A stretch of 64,000 nucleotides of DNA from Candidatus Bathyarchaeota archaeon (GCA_963739305.1 CAVTZU010000015.1:60365-124364), one strand, 5' to 3'. Shown: positions 41,195-51,665, counted from the first letter of the stretch. Notes: generated by a model not told the origin, from the sequence alone. Numbers and translations: made by a program.

Positions 41195-42493
41195 TTAGGC
41201 GTACTTGCATTTGCGGTTTGATGTCTCCGCAACGGTGACAGCGATCAGTGTTATGATCATCATAATTGCAATCGGATACTCGAATTCAGGTATTGGGTTC
41301 GCGTCACCTGTGACTGTTCCCGAGATTGTTCCCGACTGTTCTGGGGGGATTTTTGTCAGTGAAAAATTTGCTCGTGAGACGGTGTTGACTGTTACCAATA
41401 CGTTTTGCGATGATGGTGTGTAGCCTGGGGCGGACACGGTTACGTTGTAGGTGTCTGTTGGCAGTCCGGTTGAGATTATATAGTTGCCCGAGGTGTCGGT
41501 GTGCGTCTCTTCGCTGCTGAAGGTGGTTTGGCCTTTGGCTGCGACGAGAGAGTTGGCTATCGGTGCGTTGCCTGTGTCCGTGACTTTGCCCGTGATGGTG
41601 CCTGAGGTTGTTGGTGAGAGAGTTAGCGTGAAGTTGATGTTGCTGGTTTCTTGGCCTTCGACGACGGACACACCCGTCTGTGGCATGGCGAACCCGCCTG
41701 AGTAGGTTGCGGTTACGATGTAGGTTCCCGTTGCCAGTCCGTCTGTTATGGAGTAGTAGCCGGACGCGTCGGTTTTGGCGATGCCCATCGCCATGGAGGT
41801 GGACACCGCTGCGACGGTGACGTTTGCGAGCGGATTGCTGGAGTTGTCGGTGACTGTTCCGGAGATTATGCCTGAGCTTTCCAAGGCCATGTCTTGCCCC
41901 ATTGTTATCGTTCCCTCGGTCACGGAGATGGACCCGAGCGTCTTGCTGACGTGCCCCTTGGCGAAAATGACGGTGACGTTGTAGGTTCCTGTTGCCAGGT
42001 TGGTCGCGATGGTGTAGTTTCCAAGGAAGTCTGTTAACCCTCCCCAGCGGTACTTGCCGTCCGAGGACACGACCGTGACGGTGACGTTGTTCAGCCCTAT
42101 GTGGGTCGAAGCGTCGCTTATTCTTCCCGAGATTCCGCCTGAGACGTGCATGTAGGCGTTTTCGGTGGTGGTTCCGCTGACCGTGACGGTTACGTTTTCA
42201 ACGGTGACTGTTAGGTATCCCGAGCTAGCGACGGTGAGGGTGTAGTTGCCAGCTGGCAGGCCGCTTGTGATGCTGTAGTGTCCGTTGAAGCCGGCTGTGG
42301 CCTTTCCGAAGCCGATGTCCGACGTGGCCGTGACCACTGCGCCCTGCACTGGCACTCCTGAGCTTGCGTAAACTATTCCAGTGACGTTCTTCTTAGATGA
42401 AACCGAAATTCCGAATATGGTGATTTGAAGTGCAAAGACCAGCAGAATTGTGAGAACCACTGAATCGATAATCAGTTTTCTTCTGAATACCAA
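41195..42493 (-). CDS. surface protein with carboxypeptidase-regulatory-like repeats and a PEF-type C-terminal sorting signal
   Basis: Four G.I.G.VTD..TD..G.Y.I..GL..GTY repeats; IPEF + TM helix + basic tail. Confidence 0.82.
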   Translation of the reverse strand: MVFRRKLIIDSVVLTILLVFALQITIFGISVSSKKNVTGIVYASSGVPVQGAVVTATSDIGFGKATAGFNGHYSITSGLPAGNYTLTVASSGYLTVTVENVTVTVSGTTTENAYMHVSGGISGRISDASTHIGLNNVTVTVVSSDGKYRWGGLTDFLGNYTIATNLATGTYNVTVIFAKGHVSKTLGSISVTEGTITMGQDMALESSGIISGTVTDNSSNPLANVTVAAVSTSMAMGIAKTDASGYYSITDGLATGTYIVTATYSGGFAMPQTGVSVVEGQETSNINFTLTLSPTTSGTITGKVTDTGNAPIANSLVAAKGQTTFSSEETHTDTSGNYIISTGLPTDTYNVTVSAPGYTPSSQNVLVTVNTVSRANFSLTKIPPEQSGTISGTVTGDANPIPEFEYPIAIMMIITLIAVTVAETSNRKCKYA

Positions 42494-42663
42494 TCTATTC
42501 TACCTCATTGCTTCATTAGTTCATTCTGCAGCATATTAGAATCTTGCGCATGGTAGTAAGCCAACAAAATGAAGGGTTTTCGTGCGCGCAAACCGATAAA
42601 TCGACCTGTCAACATATACGCAAGTTGTCTCTCCATTCAATAGCTCTGCCCAGCAAATCGCAA

Positions 42664-43620
42664 ATGGTAGTTGAGATGATAGAAACAGCGAAACTTTGCA
42701 GCATATGCGAATGCCGAGACGCATTCTATCTCAGACCTTATTCTGGAGCAAGACTGTGCAAAAGATGCTTCGTCAAGTCCATCGAGGAAAAAACGAGAGC
42801 AACCGTTGCCAAATACAATATGCTCCAGTTTGACGATAGAATCGCCGTCGCCGTTTCAGGGGGCAAGGACAGCGTCAGCTTGCTTCATGTCTTGGCTAAT
42901 ATTGAAAAGAAGTACCCGAAAGTTAGTCTTGTTGCCTTGACTGTGGATGAAGGAATCAAGGGATACCGAGACGAAGCCTTGAATATAGCCGCAGAGAACT
43001 GCAAAAAACTCGATATTGAACACCTTACGGTTTCTTTCAAGGAGTTATTCGGTTACACTTTTGACGACATGGTCATGAGGCTTCATCGGAAGCGAAGTGG
43101 GCAGGAGACGCCGTGCGCGTATTGTGGGGTTCTCAGGCGGAAAGCGCTTAACGTGGCTGCCAGAGAGGCTCAAGCAGACAAACTTGCGACGGGTCATACG
43201 CTTGATGATGAGACGCAGACGATTCTGCTGAACATTTTCCACGGAGATGTCTTGCGCATTGCGAAGGAGAAGCCTTTCACAGATAATGTGCATCCGAAGC
43301 TCGTTCCGAGAATAAAGCCGTTCTGCGAGATTCCTGAGAAGGAAACTGCGTTGTATGCATACGTCAAAGGAATAAGATTTCAGAGTACGCCTTGTCCGTA
43401 CGCGGCTGACGCCTTGAGGAATGATGCTCGCATTATACTTGACGGGCTGGAAGACAGGCATCCTGGGATGAAGTTTACGATCTTCAAGTCGATTGAGAGA
43501 ATTCGCCCGGCGCTGGAAGCCTTGGCTAACGGAGAAGGACTGAAAGAGTGCGTCGAATGCGGGGAGCCTACGACTGACAGAGTATGTCGTACATGCCAAA
43601 TGTTAAAGCAGATCGAGTGA
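42664..43620 (+). CDS. ttuA: tRNA 2-thiolation protein TtuA/Ncs6 family
   Basis: CxxC, AVSGGKDS, CAYCGVLRR, ATGHTLDD, C-terminal CxxC..CxxC. Confidence 0.9.
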   Translation: MVVEMIETAKLCSICECRDAFYLRPYSGARLCKRCFVKSIEEKTRATVAKYNMLQFDDRIAVAVSGGKDSVSLLHVLANIEKKYPKVSLVALTVDEGIKGYRDEALNIAAENCKKLDIEHLTVSFKELFGYTFDDMVMRLHRKRSGQETPCAYCGVLRRKALNVAAREAQADKLATGHTLDDETQTILLNIFHGDVLRIAKEKPFTDNVHPKLVPRIKPFCEIPEKETALYAYVKGIRFQSTPCPYAADALRNDARIILDGLEDRHPGMKFTIFKSIERIRPALEALANGEGLKECVECGEPTTDRVCRTCQMLKQIE

Positions 43621-43651
43621 TTCCATAGTTCAAAATGGTTGGCATGACGCC

Positions 43652-43882
43652 TTATCTTCTCCCAGCGGCGTCTTGTTTGAGTCTCTGCAGAAGAGTTGAG
43701 GCTTCGAGGCTTGTCTTCGCAGAGCCCAATTTCTTAGCTCTCTCCAGGACTACTTTTGAACCGCAATAGGGACACGTTCGGGTTTTCTGGTCAGCCTTTG
43801 CCAGGAGGAAACCGCCGCACTTGCTGCACACGACGACGAATGTGACGGCCAATTTTTTCACCAGACAGAAAGCCTTTTCCAC
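43652..43882 (-). CDS. DUF1922-like zinc-ribbon protein
   Basis: CSKCG..KTRTCPYCG. Confidence 0.75.
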   Translation of the reverse strand: MEKAFCLVKKLAVTFVVVCSKCGGFLLAKADQKTRTCPYCGSKVVLERAKKLGSAKTSLEASTLLQRLKQDAAGRR

Positions 43883-43918
43883 TTTGCGCTAGATAACGTT
43901 AGTGCTGGAGAGGGAAGT

Positions 43919-44287
43919 CTGACGAGCAGTGAAGCAGAGCAGCCGAAAGCACAGTCCAAGCTTGTTGTGGACGTGACGCGGTACTTCAAGAAAGAAGGCT
44001 ACAAGGTGGAGCCCGACGCGACGACTTTTGAGGGCTTCAGTGGAATAACTCAGAAGTTCGATCTCATAGTTCAGAAAGGGCGTGTGGCGCAGGGAGTCTG
44101 GATTAGAGATTGGAGAAGAACGATAGGCGTCAATATCATCATAAACATAGATAAGGCTTCTTCAGACGTTGGACTGTCAAGCCCGATAATAGTCGGTGAC
44201 AAGTTCAGTGACCACGCAAAATCGTACGCGAACAGGAGAAAAATCACGCTGCTAACAAGGCAGCAAATAGCCTCACGAATGAGGTGA
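43919..44287 (+). CDS. Mrr-like restriction-endonuclease-fold protein
   Basis: EGFSG..KFDLIV, FSDHAKSYANRRKITL; start uncertain (CTG 43919 or GTG 43967). Confidence 0.6.
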   Translation: MTSSEAEQPKAQSKLVVDVTRYFKKEGYKVEPDATTFEGFSGITQKFDLIVQKGRVAQGVWIRDWRRTIGVNIIINIDKASSDVGLSSPIIVGDKFSDHAKSYANRRKITLLTRQQIASRMR

Positions 44288-44293
44288 CGTGAG

Positions 44294-44896
44294 CTACTCG
44301 ACTAGCAAGAAAGCGTATCTGTTCATCGTCTGCGAATAGTCTCGCAAGACCTCGATGGGATAACCGATTTGCTTGACCGTCGAGAAAACGTCAACGGCCA
44401 TGGCCTCAGGAGATGGACGCGCAGACCTCTTTCTTCTGCATCTTAACCTTTGTGCCGTGCAGTTCTTGCACAGGCTGCAGGAATCCATGAACAGAATGAA
44501 GGCCTTCGGATTGCCTGCCAAGAACACTTCGCGCTCCAAGTTGACGAGCTTCTCGTTTATGCCCTTCGCCCATTCGTGCCGTTTCTCGGGTTTCTTAATC
44601 TTCTTTTCAAAATGAAATACGGCGCCAACGGAGTAGTCACCGAAGAATATCTTGCATTCATCAACGGACGGCGTGTTTGGAGGGCAGCACGCGATTCTTC
44701 CGTACTCCATGCAACCGAACATGCATTTCATTCTGACCCATTGGGAAACAACGATGTTCTTCGGGTCAATCCATCTGAAATCTTTGAAGCCATGCTTGAA
44801 GAAGAGTTTCTCTAATTGTTTTCGTTCGCTCGTCAAGATCAACTCCGCAACATCGAAAGGACGATTACGCCTTCGGTGTTCAAAAGACTTTTTCAA
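44294..44896 (-). CDS. DUF2284 metal-binding protein
   Basis: WVRMKCMFGC, CCPP, CSLCKNC, RPSPEAMAVDV. Confidence 0.85.
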   Translation of the reverse strand: MKKSFEHRRRNRPFDVAELILTSERKQLEKLFFKHGFKDFRWIDPKNIVVSQWVRMKCMFGCMEYGRIACCPPNTPSVDECKIFFGDYSVGAVFHFEKKIKKPEKRHEWAKGINEKLVNLEREVFLAGNPKAFILFMDSCSLCKNCTAQRLRCRRKRSARPSPEAMAVDVFSTVKQIGYPIEVLRDYSQTMNRYAFLLVE

Positions 44897-44902
44897 GTTA
44901 TT

Positions 44903-45491
44903 TTAGATTCTTAGGTATTCTTCAAGCAGACCTTCTTTTTCGAGTTTTCCGAGCCAATCGACTATGCCCACGTGACAGCTGTCAAGGTTGTTCAGAAGGA
45001 GTAGAACTTCTTGAACGATGTGGTCAACAGTTTTGCCTGTAACGTCCACTTCGCACACTCTTCTCTGATCGATGAGGTTCAGTGCATCGACTAGGCAGAC
45101 ATCAAGGATTTCGGAAGCCAAATTCTCGAACAGTTTCTTACCAGAAAACCCCGATTGCTCCATAAATTCTCGCAGTTCAACAGGATCTCGCCTCAAGACA
45201 AACACGCAAGTGACAAGGTTAATGGGAACCACACTGACGGCGTAGTGACCGTCAACGACGATGTTGTCTTCTTTTGAATTAGCGATAATCTCGCCTAGCC
45301 TCTTGTGCATTTTGTTTTCGTCAACTATCACGGATGCGCGCTTCTTGTCTTTGCCTGAAACTAGGTTTTCGGTCAATGCCAATTCGGTGAGGTTCAAGTA
45401 CAGACGCGTTCAGGTTTGACGCCAGTGGGCGGGCTACTGAAGTTTTTCCGACGCATGGTGTTCCGGTTACTAGTATGACGCGTTTGGTCAT
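44903..45491 (-). CDS. AK6/Fap7-type adenylate kinase, frameshift near 45405
   Basis: MTKRVILVTGTPCVGKT read manually in an upstream frame; VVDGHY, VLRRDP, ENLASEILD. Confidence 0.88.
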
Positions 45492-45581
45492 TCCGACCCC
45501 TCGATATTCACGCTATTGAGTGTCCTGGGGAAGAATAAGGTTTCCAAAATTCTTATTGCGCACTGCTGCGCATTGTATGGT

Positions 45582-45901
45582 TGGCTGGCGAGTTGGTGTG
45601 TGGCTTTCGAGCCTTTGAATTGAAAGGCTTGAGGAAACTCCGCCCACGCGTAGAATTGCAGCGTTCGCAAGGGCGCAAGGTGAGAACCTTGGCTACGGAG
45701 CAGAAACGAAACGTCCATTCAGCAGGGGACGATGATGCATGTTAAGTTGCTGAGGATGCTGAGTGTGAAGCGGTGAAACGGCCGTCCTGCAAGTGGAAAG
45801 GGCAAACAGACGCTGATGACGTCTCTACCGGAAGCGCGGGTAGCCCGATTAGCCGAATGCCACAAAGAACAAAAGGCGGGTTACGACCAACACGCCAGCT
45901 A
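45582..45901 (+). ncRNA. rnpB: RNase P RNA
   Basis: P4 halves GAGGAAACTCCGCC and ACAAAAGGCGGGTTA; P1 TGGCTGGCG/CGCCAGCTA; GAAACGG motif; K-turn GATGA..CTGA. Confidence 0.92.
45882..45899 (+). repeat. attL, TACGACCAACACGCCAGC
   Basis: Identical to 56238-56255; lies in the rnpB 3' end. Confidence 0.85.
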
Positions 45902-45954
45902 AATTTCCCGTACGCCACAAGTCTGCAAAGGGAATAGACAACATTCTCATCGAA

Positions 45955-46802
45955 ATGAAGCTAGACAACAAATCCGACTACACAATAAACTTCACACGCA
46001 AAGCACTCAACACAATCAGCGACCATGCAGACCTGAACAAACCCGACGAAGTGCGAATGTTCATAGCCATGCACAAAACCACAGACGGATACAAACGAAA
46101 CCTCTGCATAGCCTACAACAAATACGCCAAGTTTTACAACATCGCATGGAACATGCCCAAGTACAGACCAGAAGCGAAGAACATCGCACTACCAACCAAA
46201 GAGAAAATACAGATGCTCATCGCAAGCGCAGGGAAGCTCCTCGGAATGAAACTACAACTGAGCATGGAAACAGGATTAAGACCCGTAGAACTCGCTCGAC
46301 TCAAAGTCAAAGACCTCGACCTAGACCACAAGACCGTTAATCCGACCACAGCAAAGAAAGGCAACGCAAGAACCCTGCCACTTAGCGAAACTCTCACAGC
46401 CAAGCTAAGAGAACACATAGCGAACCACAGCCTAGCACCCACAGACTTACTTTTCAAAGGAACAGATTCAGACCACTACGGAAAACAATACCGCGATATG
46501 CGAAACAAGCTATCCGAAAGAATAAAAGATCCATCAATCCGAACAATAAGACTCTACGACCTGAGACACTACTTCTGCACAAAGAAACTCAATGACATTC
46601 AGAACCCATACATCGTAATGGTGTTAATGGGACACACAAAACTCACAACAACCCAACGATACATGCACCTACTCAACCTCAACGACGACGAATGGACTGC
46701 ACAGGAGCAACAACAGCCAAAGAAGCCACCAAACTCATAGAAGCTGGATTCCAATACGTCACAACAATCGAAGGAATACAACTATTCAAAAAACGCAAAT
46801 AA
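45955..46802 (+). CDS. tyrosine recombinase/integrase, frameshift near 46697
   Basis: ETGLRPVEL, K, LYDLRHY, MGH, TQRY; shifted C-terminus CTGATTAKEATKLIEAGFQYVTTIEGIQLFKKRK. Confidence 0.93.
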
Positions 46803-46898
46803 CCCTCCTTTTTTCTTTATACCATCAAGAAACATCTTATCTTAGTAAGAGCATCATTGGAACTGATAAAACACTAAGTATCAATCCATAGAATAGTG

Positions 46899-47849
46899 TT
46901 ATGAGCGCGATTTCCCAAATGTTTTCTTGTGATATTTTTTCCTGAATAATATCCTTGAAGGAAGAGTGAACGCCTGTCCAATTTTTGAAAACAAATGTGG
47001 AAGCGGTAGCAAAAACGATGTTTTGGAACGATAATCCGAAAATGTTTCACCACAATGCGTATTCATTTTGATATTCCTCTTGCAATGCAATCGCAACGAC
47101 TACCAAAGCAGATATTAGCCATGGGAGAGCTGGAAAAATCAAAGGTGGTCCGCTTATGCTATTGAGGGCATGGAGCGAACCGCTCGAGAACGCTATGCTC
47201 CCGTACGTGAATAGAAGAAACCCAAAATACTGCGGATGTCTGGTATATCTGTATGCCCAAAAATCGATCAATTTGATTTCCCTAAATTTGCCATAGAGCC
47301 AAGTCACGGCACCAAATACGAAAAAGAACATACCAACCCACATCAAAGAAAAAGCCAATAATGGATGCCCCCACCCTACAGCGTTCATCAACGAGTCCGT
47401 CACCATGTAAGGAAGGAAAACTATACTGCCTAAATGCATCACGGTTGAGGAACCGAATGGAGACCACAGCATTAAAAGCGCGCCCAAACCAGCATAAGGG
47501 AACATTGAAGATACGAAATAAGCGAAAACGGGCAAGTGCAGTGTAAAAGAACCTAGCACTGACAAGTAGCCTTTTTCAAAAGCAGACCAACGACGATCAA
47601 GACCGCCGTGATCCCAAACACAACTAGGACGACGGGCTGCATGACTTGCATTATCTGTAATTCTAGTTGTGGATATTCCCAATACTTCAAATTGTTGGGA
47701 AACAGTGCCAATAGCCACTCGTTAAGAATACTGACAAAGGAGAGAGCTGCAACGAAAAAGACAAATGCGAGAACCACCGACGAGAGAACAGCAAGCGCAA
47801 ATCCTCTAGCCAAAGCTGACCCATTTCTATACGTGATCAGGCCAAGCAT
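46899..47849 (-). CDS. ICMT/phospholipid-methyltransferase-like membrane protein, two frameshifts
   Basis: AYRYTRHPQYFG, ALQEE, F.DYRSKTSFLLP spread over three frames. Confidence 0.7.
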
Positions 47850-47948
47850 TAAGAGTTTGGGTGTAGTGCGAGCTAAAGGTCACCAGAAGATTGTTCTATC
47901 TGCACATATTAGCCAAATTAGCTCACCCGCACCATGAAATCATCTTTA

Positions 47949-48000
47949 GCTCGTGAGCCTTTCGGCTCACTCGCACGTTCCAGCTTAATCGATACGCCAA
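47949..48000. repeat. hairpin repeat copy 1
   Basis: GCTCGTGAGCCTTTCGGCTCACTCGCACGTTCCA..GATACGCCAA. Confidence 0.9.
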
Positions 48001-48011
48001 TCGTACGCTCA

Positions 48012-48500
48012 CTAAGAGTTGCTGACGTTTGAATTCGGTCTTATGGTCACGACTGGATAGTTCTTGGCAGCCGCCGTCACCAACTCATTGAACTTATCTT
48101 CCGTTGTCTCAGCTGTAATTCCCAAGCGGTCCGCATGAGAAATTCGCACATACTCTGCAAGCCTAGGCACCGCATCTGTTTCATTGTGTTCGATTGTCCT
48201 TGCGAGGCATTCCATTGATTTCCCCTTGTAAAACAGATCTACCTTTGATTCTTTGCGAAAGTTGCGCCACCAAGTTGGTAGTTCTCCAAAACAGCCAGGC
48301 ACGACGATGAACTCGTCTTTGTACTGCGCGACATGGAAAATCAACGAGTGTTTCTTATGCGTCTTTCTTCCAGTGTAAGTCAGTATCACCCAGTTGTCAG
48401 GTAGCAGTGAGCGAAAAGGTGAACGAAGGATAGTTTCAAGGATAGGATTGAACAAGTTGTTGGCGAACCAGTACATCATCATTTTCTCGCCCCAATACAA
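48012..48500 (-). CDS. split-barrel deazaflavin(F420)-dependent nitroreductase-like protein
   Basis: LTYTGRKT, PTWWRNFR, YPVV. Confidence 0.75.
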   Translation of the reverse strand: MYWGEKMMMYWFANNLFNPILETILRSPFRSLLPDNWVILTYTGRKTHKKHSLIFHVAQYKDEFIVVPGCFGELPTWWRNFRKESKVDLFYKGKSMECLARTIEHNETDAVPRLAEYVRISHADRLGITAETTEDKFNELVTAAAKNYPVVTIRPNSNVSNS

Positions 48501-48535
48501 TCAAAAATTAACTCTTTAAAATAGCTGTTTGTCTA

Positions 48536-48560
48536 TTAGCTCACCCTTCGGCTCACTCGC
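48536..48560. repeat. partial hairpin repeat copy 2
   Basis: ATTAGCTCACCC (also present near 47918) joined to TTCGGCTCACTCGC. Confidence 0.65.
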
Positions 48561-48611
48561 CCGTAAGAGATATCTCTTCGCTAAACCATATTGGGTTAGG
48601 GGAAAGAAAGC

Positions 48612-49781
48612 TTGAATAGGGCATTTTCTGGATTATTGCTTGCACTGCTTTTTTTATGGGTGCTGCTGCTTGCATTCGAGGTTCAGCCAGTCAAAGCCGC
48701 CACATTCACTGTTCCAGATTATTACCCGACAATTCAAGCAGCCGTAAACGCCGCAAATAGCGGAGACGTCATATTCGTCAGGAATGGGACATACAACGAG
48801 CATCTTATCATCAACAAGACTCTCATGCTTGCTGGGGAGAACAGGGCAGGCGTGGCCATCGATGGAAACGAGACAGGACGAGTCATCAGCGTTTTCGCGG
48901 ACAACTGCACAATCACAGGGTTCACGGTGCGAGGAGGAGGTTTTACGCCTTGGGGTTCAGACAGCGGCATCTACATGGCCAGCTCAAACAACCTCGTAAC
49001 CAAGGACAATCTGATCAATAACAAAGACTGGGCCGTCTGGCTTGAAAACAGTTCCAGCAACAACACCGTGTCCAACAATCTCATAGCGAACAACTGGCGT
49101 GGAATCTACTTGAACCACAGCGCAGCAAACACCATAGCTGGCAACAACATTACAGACGCCAATCAGGGAATCTGCTTTGAAAGCTCCAGCTTCAACGTCG
49201 TCTGGAACAACTATATGTCAGAAGGCGCGACCGGCATAGCGGTTTATGATTCTTCCCTCAACAACTCTGTAACGTGCAACACATTCTCAGATAACTCGAT
49301 GGGAGTTGACGTTGGCGGGCAATCAGCTGTAGACTGTCCATCGAACAACACGTTTTATCACAACAACTTCATCGGTAACTATGAAGACATCCGTTTCTTA
49401 ACGTTCTTTGGCACGAATTCATGGGAAAACGGCTACCCTTCTGGCGGGAACTACTGGACTGACTACAACGGCACAGACTTGAAAAGTGGTCCTTATCAAA
49501 ACGAGACTGGAAGCGATGGGATCGGAGACAAGCCGTACATTATCGCTGGCAATGCTACCGACAATTATCCTCTCATGCATTCATTTGTCCCTCTTTCTGG
49601 AGATCTGAACCAAGATGACAAGGTCGATATGTATGACGCTATCCTAGCTTCCAAGGCCTTTGGATCAACGCCTTCCGATAAGAATTGGAACTCGGCGGCG
49701 GACCTGAACGGAGACGGCCATGTAGATATCTTCGACGTTATCATTCTGGCTCAGAACTTCGGCAAGATTTATCACCCTTAA
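48612..49781 (+). CDS. secreted NosD/CASH beta-helix protein with C-terminal dockerin-like domain
   Basis: VPDYYPTIQAA, Asn-rich repeats, GGNYWTDY, GDLNQDDKVD/ADLNGDGHVDIFD. Confidence 0.88.
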   Translation: MNRAFSGLLLALLFLWVLLLAFEVQPVKAATFTVPDYYPTIQAAVNAANSGDVIFVRNGTYNEHLIINKTLMLAGENRAGVAIDGNETGRVISVFADNCTITGFTVRGGGFTPWGSDSGIYMASSNNLVTKDNLINNKDWAVWLENSSSNNTVSNNLIANNWRGIYLNHSAANTIAGNNITDANQGICFESSSFNVVWNNYMSEGATGIAVYDSSLNNSVTCNTFSDNSMGVDVGGQSAVDCPSNNTFYHNNFIGNYEDIRFLTFFGTNSWENGYPSGGNYWTDYNGTDLKSGPYQNETGSDGIGDKPYIIAGNATDNYPLMHSFVPLSGDLNQDDKVDMYDAILASKAFGSTPSDKNWNSAADLNGDGHVDIFDVIILAQNFGKIYHP

Positions 49782-49813
49782 CTTGTGCAACACAGGCGCA
49801 CTAGAACATCTTG

Positions 49814-49847
49814 GCTCGTGAGCCGTTCGGCTCACTCGCACGTTCCA
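49814..49847. repeat. hairpin repeat copy 3
   Basis: GCTCGTGAGCCGTTCGGCTCACTCGCACGTTCCA. Confidence 0.9.
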
Positions 49848-49906
49848 GACGATTGCGCGCGCGGTCGCATTAAGCTTTTAGCAAACCAGTGTGATGTTCT
49901 TTCAAG

Positions 49907-51016
49907 GTGACTAATGTGACGGACCAGAGAATTGAAAGACTCGCGAAACTATGTATTCACTACAGTGTTGATGTCAAGCCAAAAGAGCAAGTCGTGATAC
50001 GGGGAAGCACATCAGCCGTGCCGTTGATCCGCGAATTATATAAAGAATGCCTGCTGCGTCGTGCCCATCCGCTTTTCTTGCCTGTTTCCGATTTCGACTA
50101 TGCTTTCTACAAGTACGCAAAAGAACCCCAACTGGAATTTGTCTCGCCTTTCTCGAAGTTCCTCGTGGAAAATGAGGATGTGACGATAAGAGTAGTGTGC
50201 GACCCAAACCCTAAGCAATTGACAACAATAGACCCTGCAAAAATAAGGAAGCACAGCGCCTCCCAGAAAGAGATCAGCGAGATCTTCCACAAACGCTATG
50301 CCGAAGGAAAACTCAGATGGACAGTTCTGCCCTACCCGATCAATGGTCAAGCACAAGAAGCTGCAATGTCACTCGAAGAATACGAAGACTTCGTCTACGA
50401 TAGCTGCCTGCTTGACAAGAAAGACCCTGAGTTCGAATGGAAGAAAATCCAGAAACAACAAGAAAAGACCTGCAACCTCTTGAACAAGACCAGCCAAATT
50501 CGGATGGTGGGTAAAGACACGGAATTGACCTTCAACGTGAAAGGCAGAAAATGGATAAACTGCAGCGGAAAAGAAAATATGCCAGACGGAGAAGTGTACA
50601 CTGGACCCGTCGAAAACTCGTTGAACGGTACGATAAGATTCACCTACCCAGGAATATACTCTGGCAAAGAAGTAGAGGACATCACACTCACATTCAATAA
50701 AGGCAAAGTCATCAAAGCCTCAGCCGCCAAAGGAGACGAACTACTAAGAGAGATACTGAAGATTGAAGGCGCAAACCGCATCGGCGAAGCTGCCATCGGA
50801 ACAAACTACGGCATAACACAGTTCACTAAGGAGATGCTTTTCGACGAGAAAATGGGCGGAACAATCCACATGGCCCTCGGAAACTCCTACCCAAAAACAG
50901 GAGGACTAAACAAATCGGCCATCCACTGGGACCTCCTCAAAGACATGAAGAAAGGCAGCGAAATCTACGCAGACAAAGAACTGTTCTACAAGAATGGAAA
51001 GTTTCTGAAAACTTGA
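49907..51016 (+). CDS. M29 (AmpS/aminopeptidase II) metalloaminopeptidase
   Basis: NMPDGEVYTGP, GEAAIGTN, LFDEKMGGTIHMALG, SAIHWD. Confidence 0.93.
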   Translation: MTNVTDQRIERLAKLCIHYSVDVKPKEQVVIRGSTSAVPLIRELYKECLLRRAHPLFLPVSDFDYAFYKYAKEPQLEFVSPFSKFLVENEDVTIRVVCDPNPKQLTTIDPAKIRKHSASQKEISEIFHKRYAEGKLRWTVLPYPINGQAQEAAMSLEEYEDFVYDSCLLDKKDPEFEWKKIQKQQEKTCNLLNKTSQIRMVGKDTELTFNVKGRKWINCSGKENMPDGEVYTGPVENSLNGTIRFTYPGIYSGKEVEDITLTFNKGKVIKASAAKGDELLREILKIEGANRIGEAAIGTNYGITQFTKEMLFDEKMGGTIHMALGNSYPKTGGLNKSAIHWDLLKDMKKGSEIYADKELFYKNGKFLKT

Positions 51017-51118
51017 TCCGCGAACGCTCGCGCGCGCAAAACCTGTAAGCCGAGCCTCTTCTAGACTTCGGAAATTATTAAAGCATTATTACGCATATCA
51101 TACCTTCTGGGAACATAA

Positions 51119-51208
51119 ATGCCGAAAAAAGAAAAACCGTTAACTAAGAAAGAGCGAGACGAGAAAAGGAAGAAACATAAGGAAAAGCAAAGCAAAACAC
51201 AGACTTAA
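51119..51208 (+). CDS. tiny Lys/Arg-rich peptide (29 aa)
   Basis: MPKKEKPLTKKERDEKRKKHKEKQSKTQT; T-rich tract downstream. Confidence 0.45.
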   Translation: MPKKEKPLTKKERDEKRKKHKEKQSKTQT

Positions 51209-51379
51209 GCCCCAAGAAAGAGCTTTGCAAAACTCTTTTTCTCTTTTTACCATAAAGTTGGCTTCTTTAATGAAATGAAAGAAAGACGCGTCAGCTTTGG
51301 ATATTATTGGCTTCCTCCATTAATGCGAAAGAAATATGTTTTAGCTTGTTTATTTATCGTTAATTTGTAGCTGAGATTT

Positions 51380-51508
51380 ATGCCGAGTGTAATGAAACGT
51401 AAACAAAAGAATACTCAAATCGCACAACAGAAAAAGATAGAACGGGATAAAGAAGCGAAAAAGAAACAGTTGAGACAGCAACTTCCTGCCAAGGGCAAGA
51501 AACGTTAA
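51380..51508 (+). CDS. tiny Lys/Gln-rich peptide (42 aa)
   Basis: MPSVMKRKQKNTQIAQQKKIERDKEAKKKQLRQQLPAKGKKR. Confidence 0.5.
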   Translation: MPSVMKRKQKNTQIAQQKKIERDKEAKKKQLRQQLPAKGKKR

Positions 51509-51599
51509 AGCCACTAAAGGAGCTATGGTAACCTCTAGAAGCGCGCGCCTTGCGGAACCGCGAGCGCGATGGGAAGCTGTGGTACAATAGGCATCATTT

Positions 51600-51665
51600 C
51601 TACTTCATTGCTTCTTTCTTCTTTTTTTCTTCTTTCATCCTTTCTCTCTTTCTTTTAGTTGTCAT
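51600..51665 (-). CDS. tiny Lys/Arg-rich peptide (21 aa)
   Basis: MTTKRKRERMKEEKKKKEAMK. Confidence 0.35.
   Translation of the reverse strand: MTTKRKRERMKEEKKKKEAMK

Noticed and set aside
779-47572. Programmed ribosomal frameshifting or Sec/Pyl recoding
   Set aside because: The breaks are frame changes without a common slippery site, and no conserved in-frame UGA/UAG readthrough was seen
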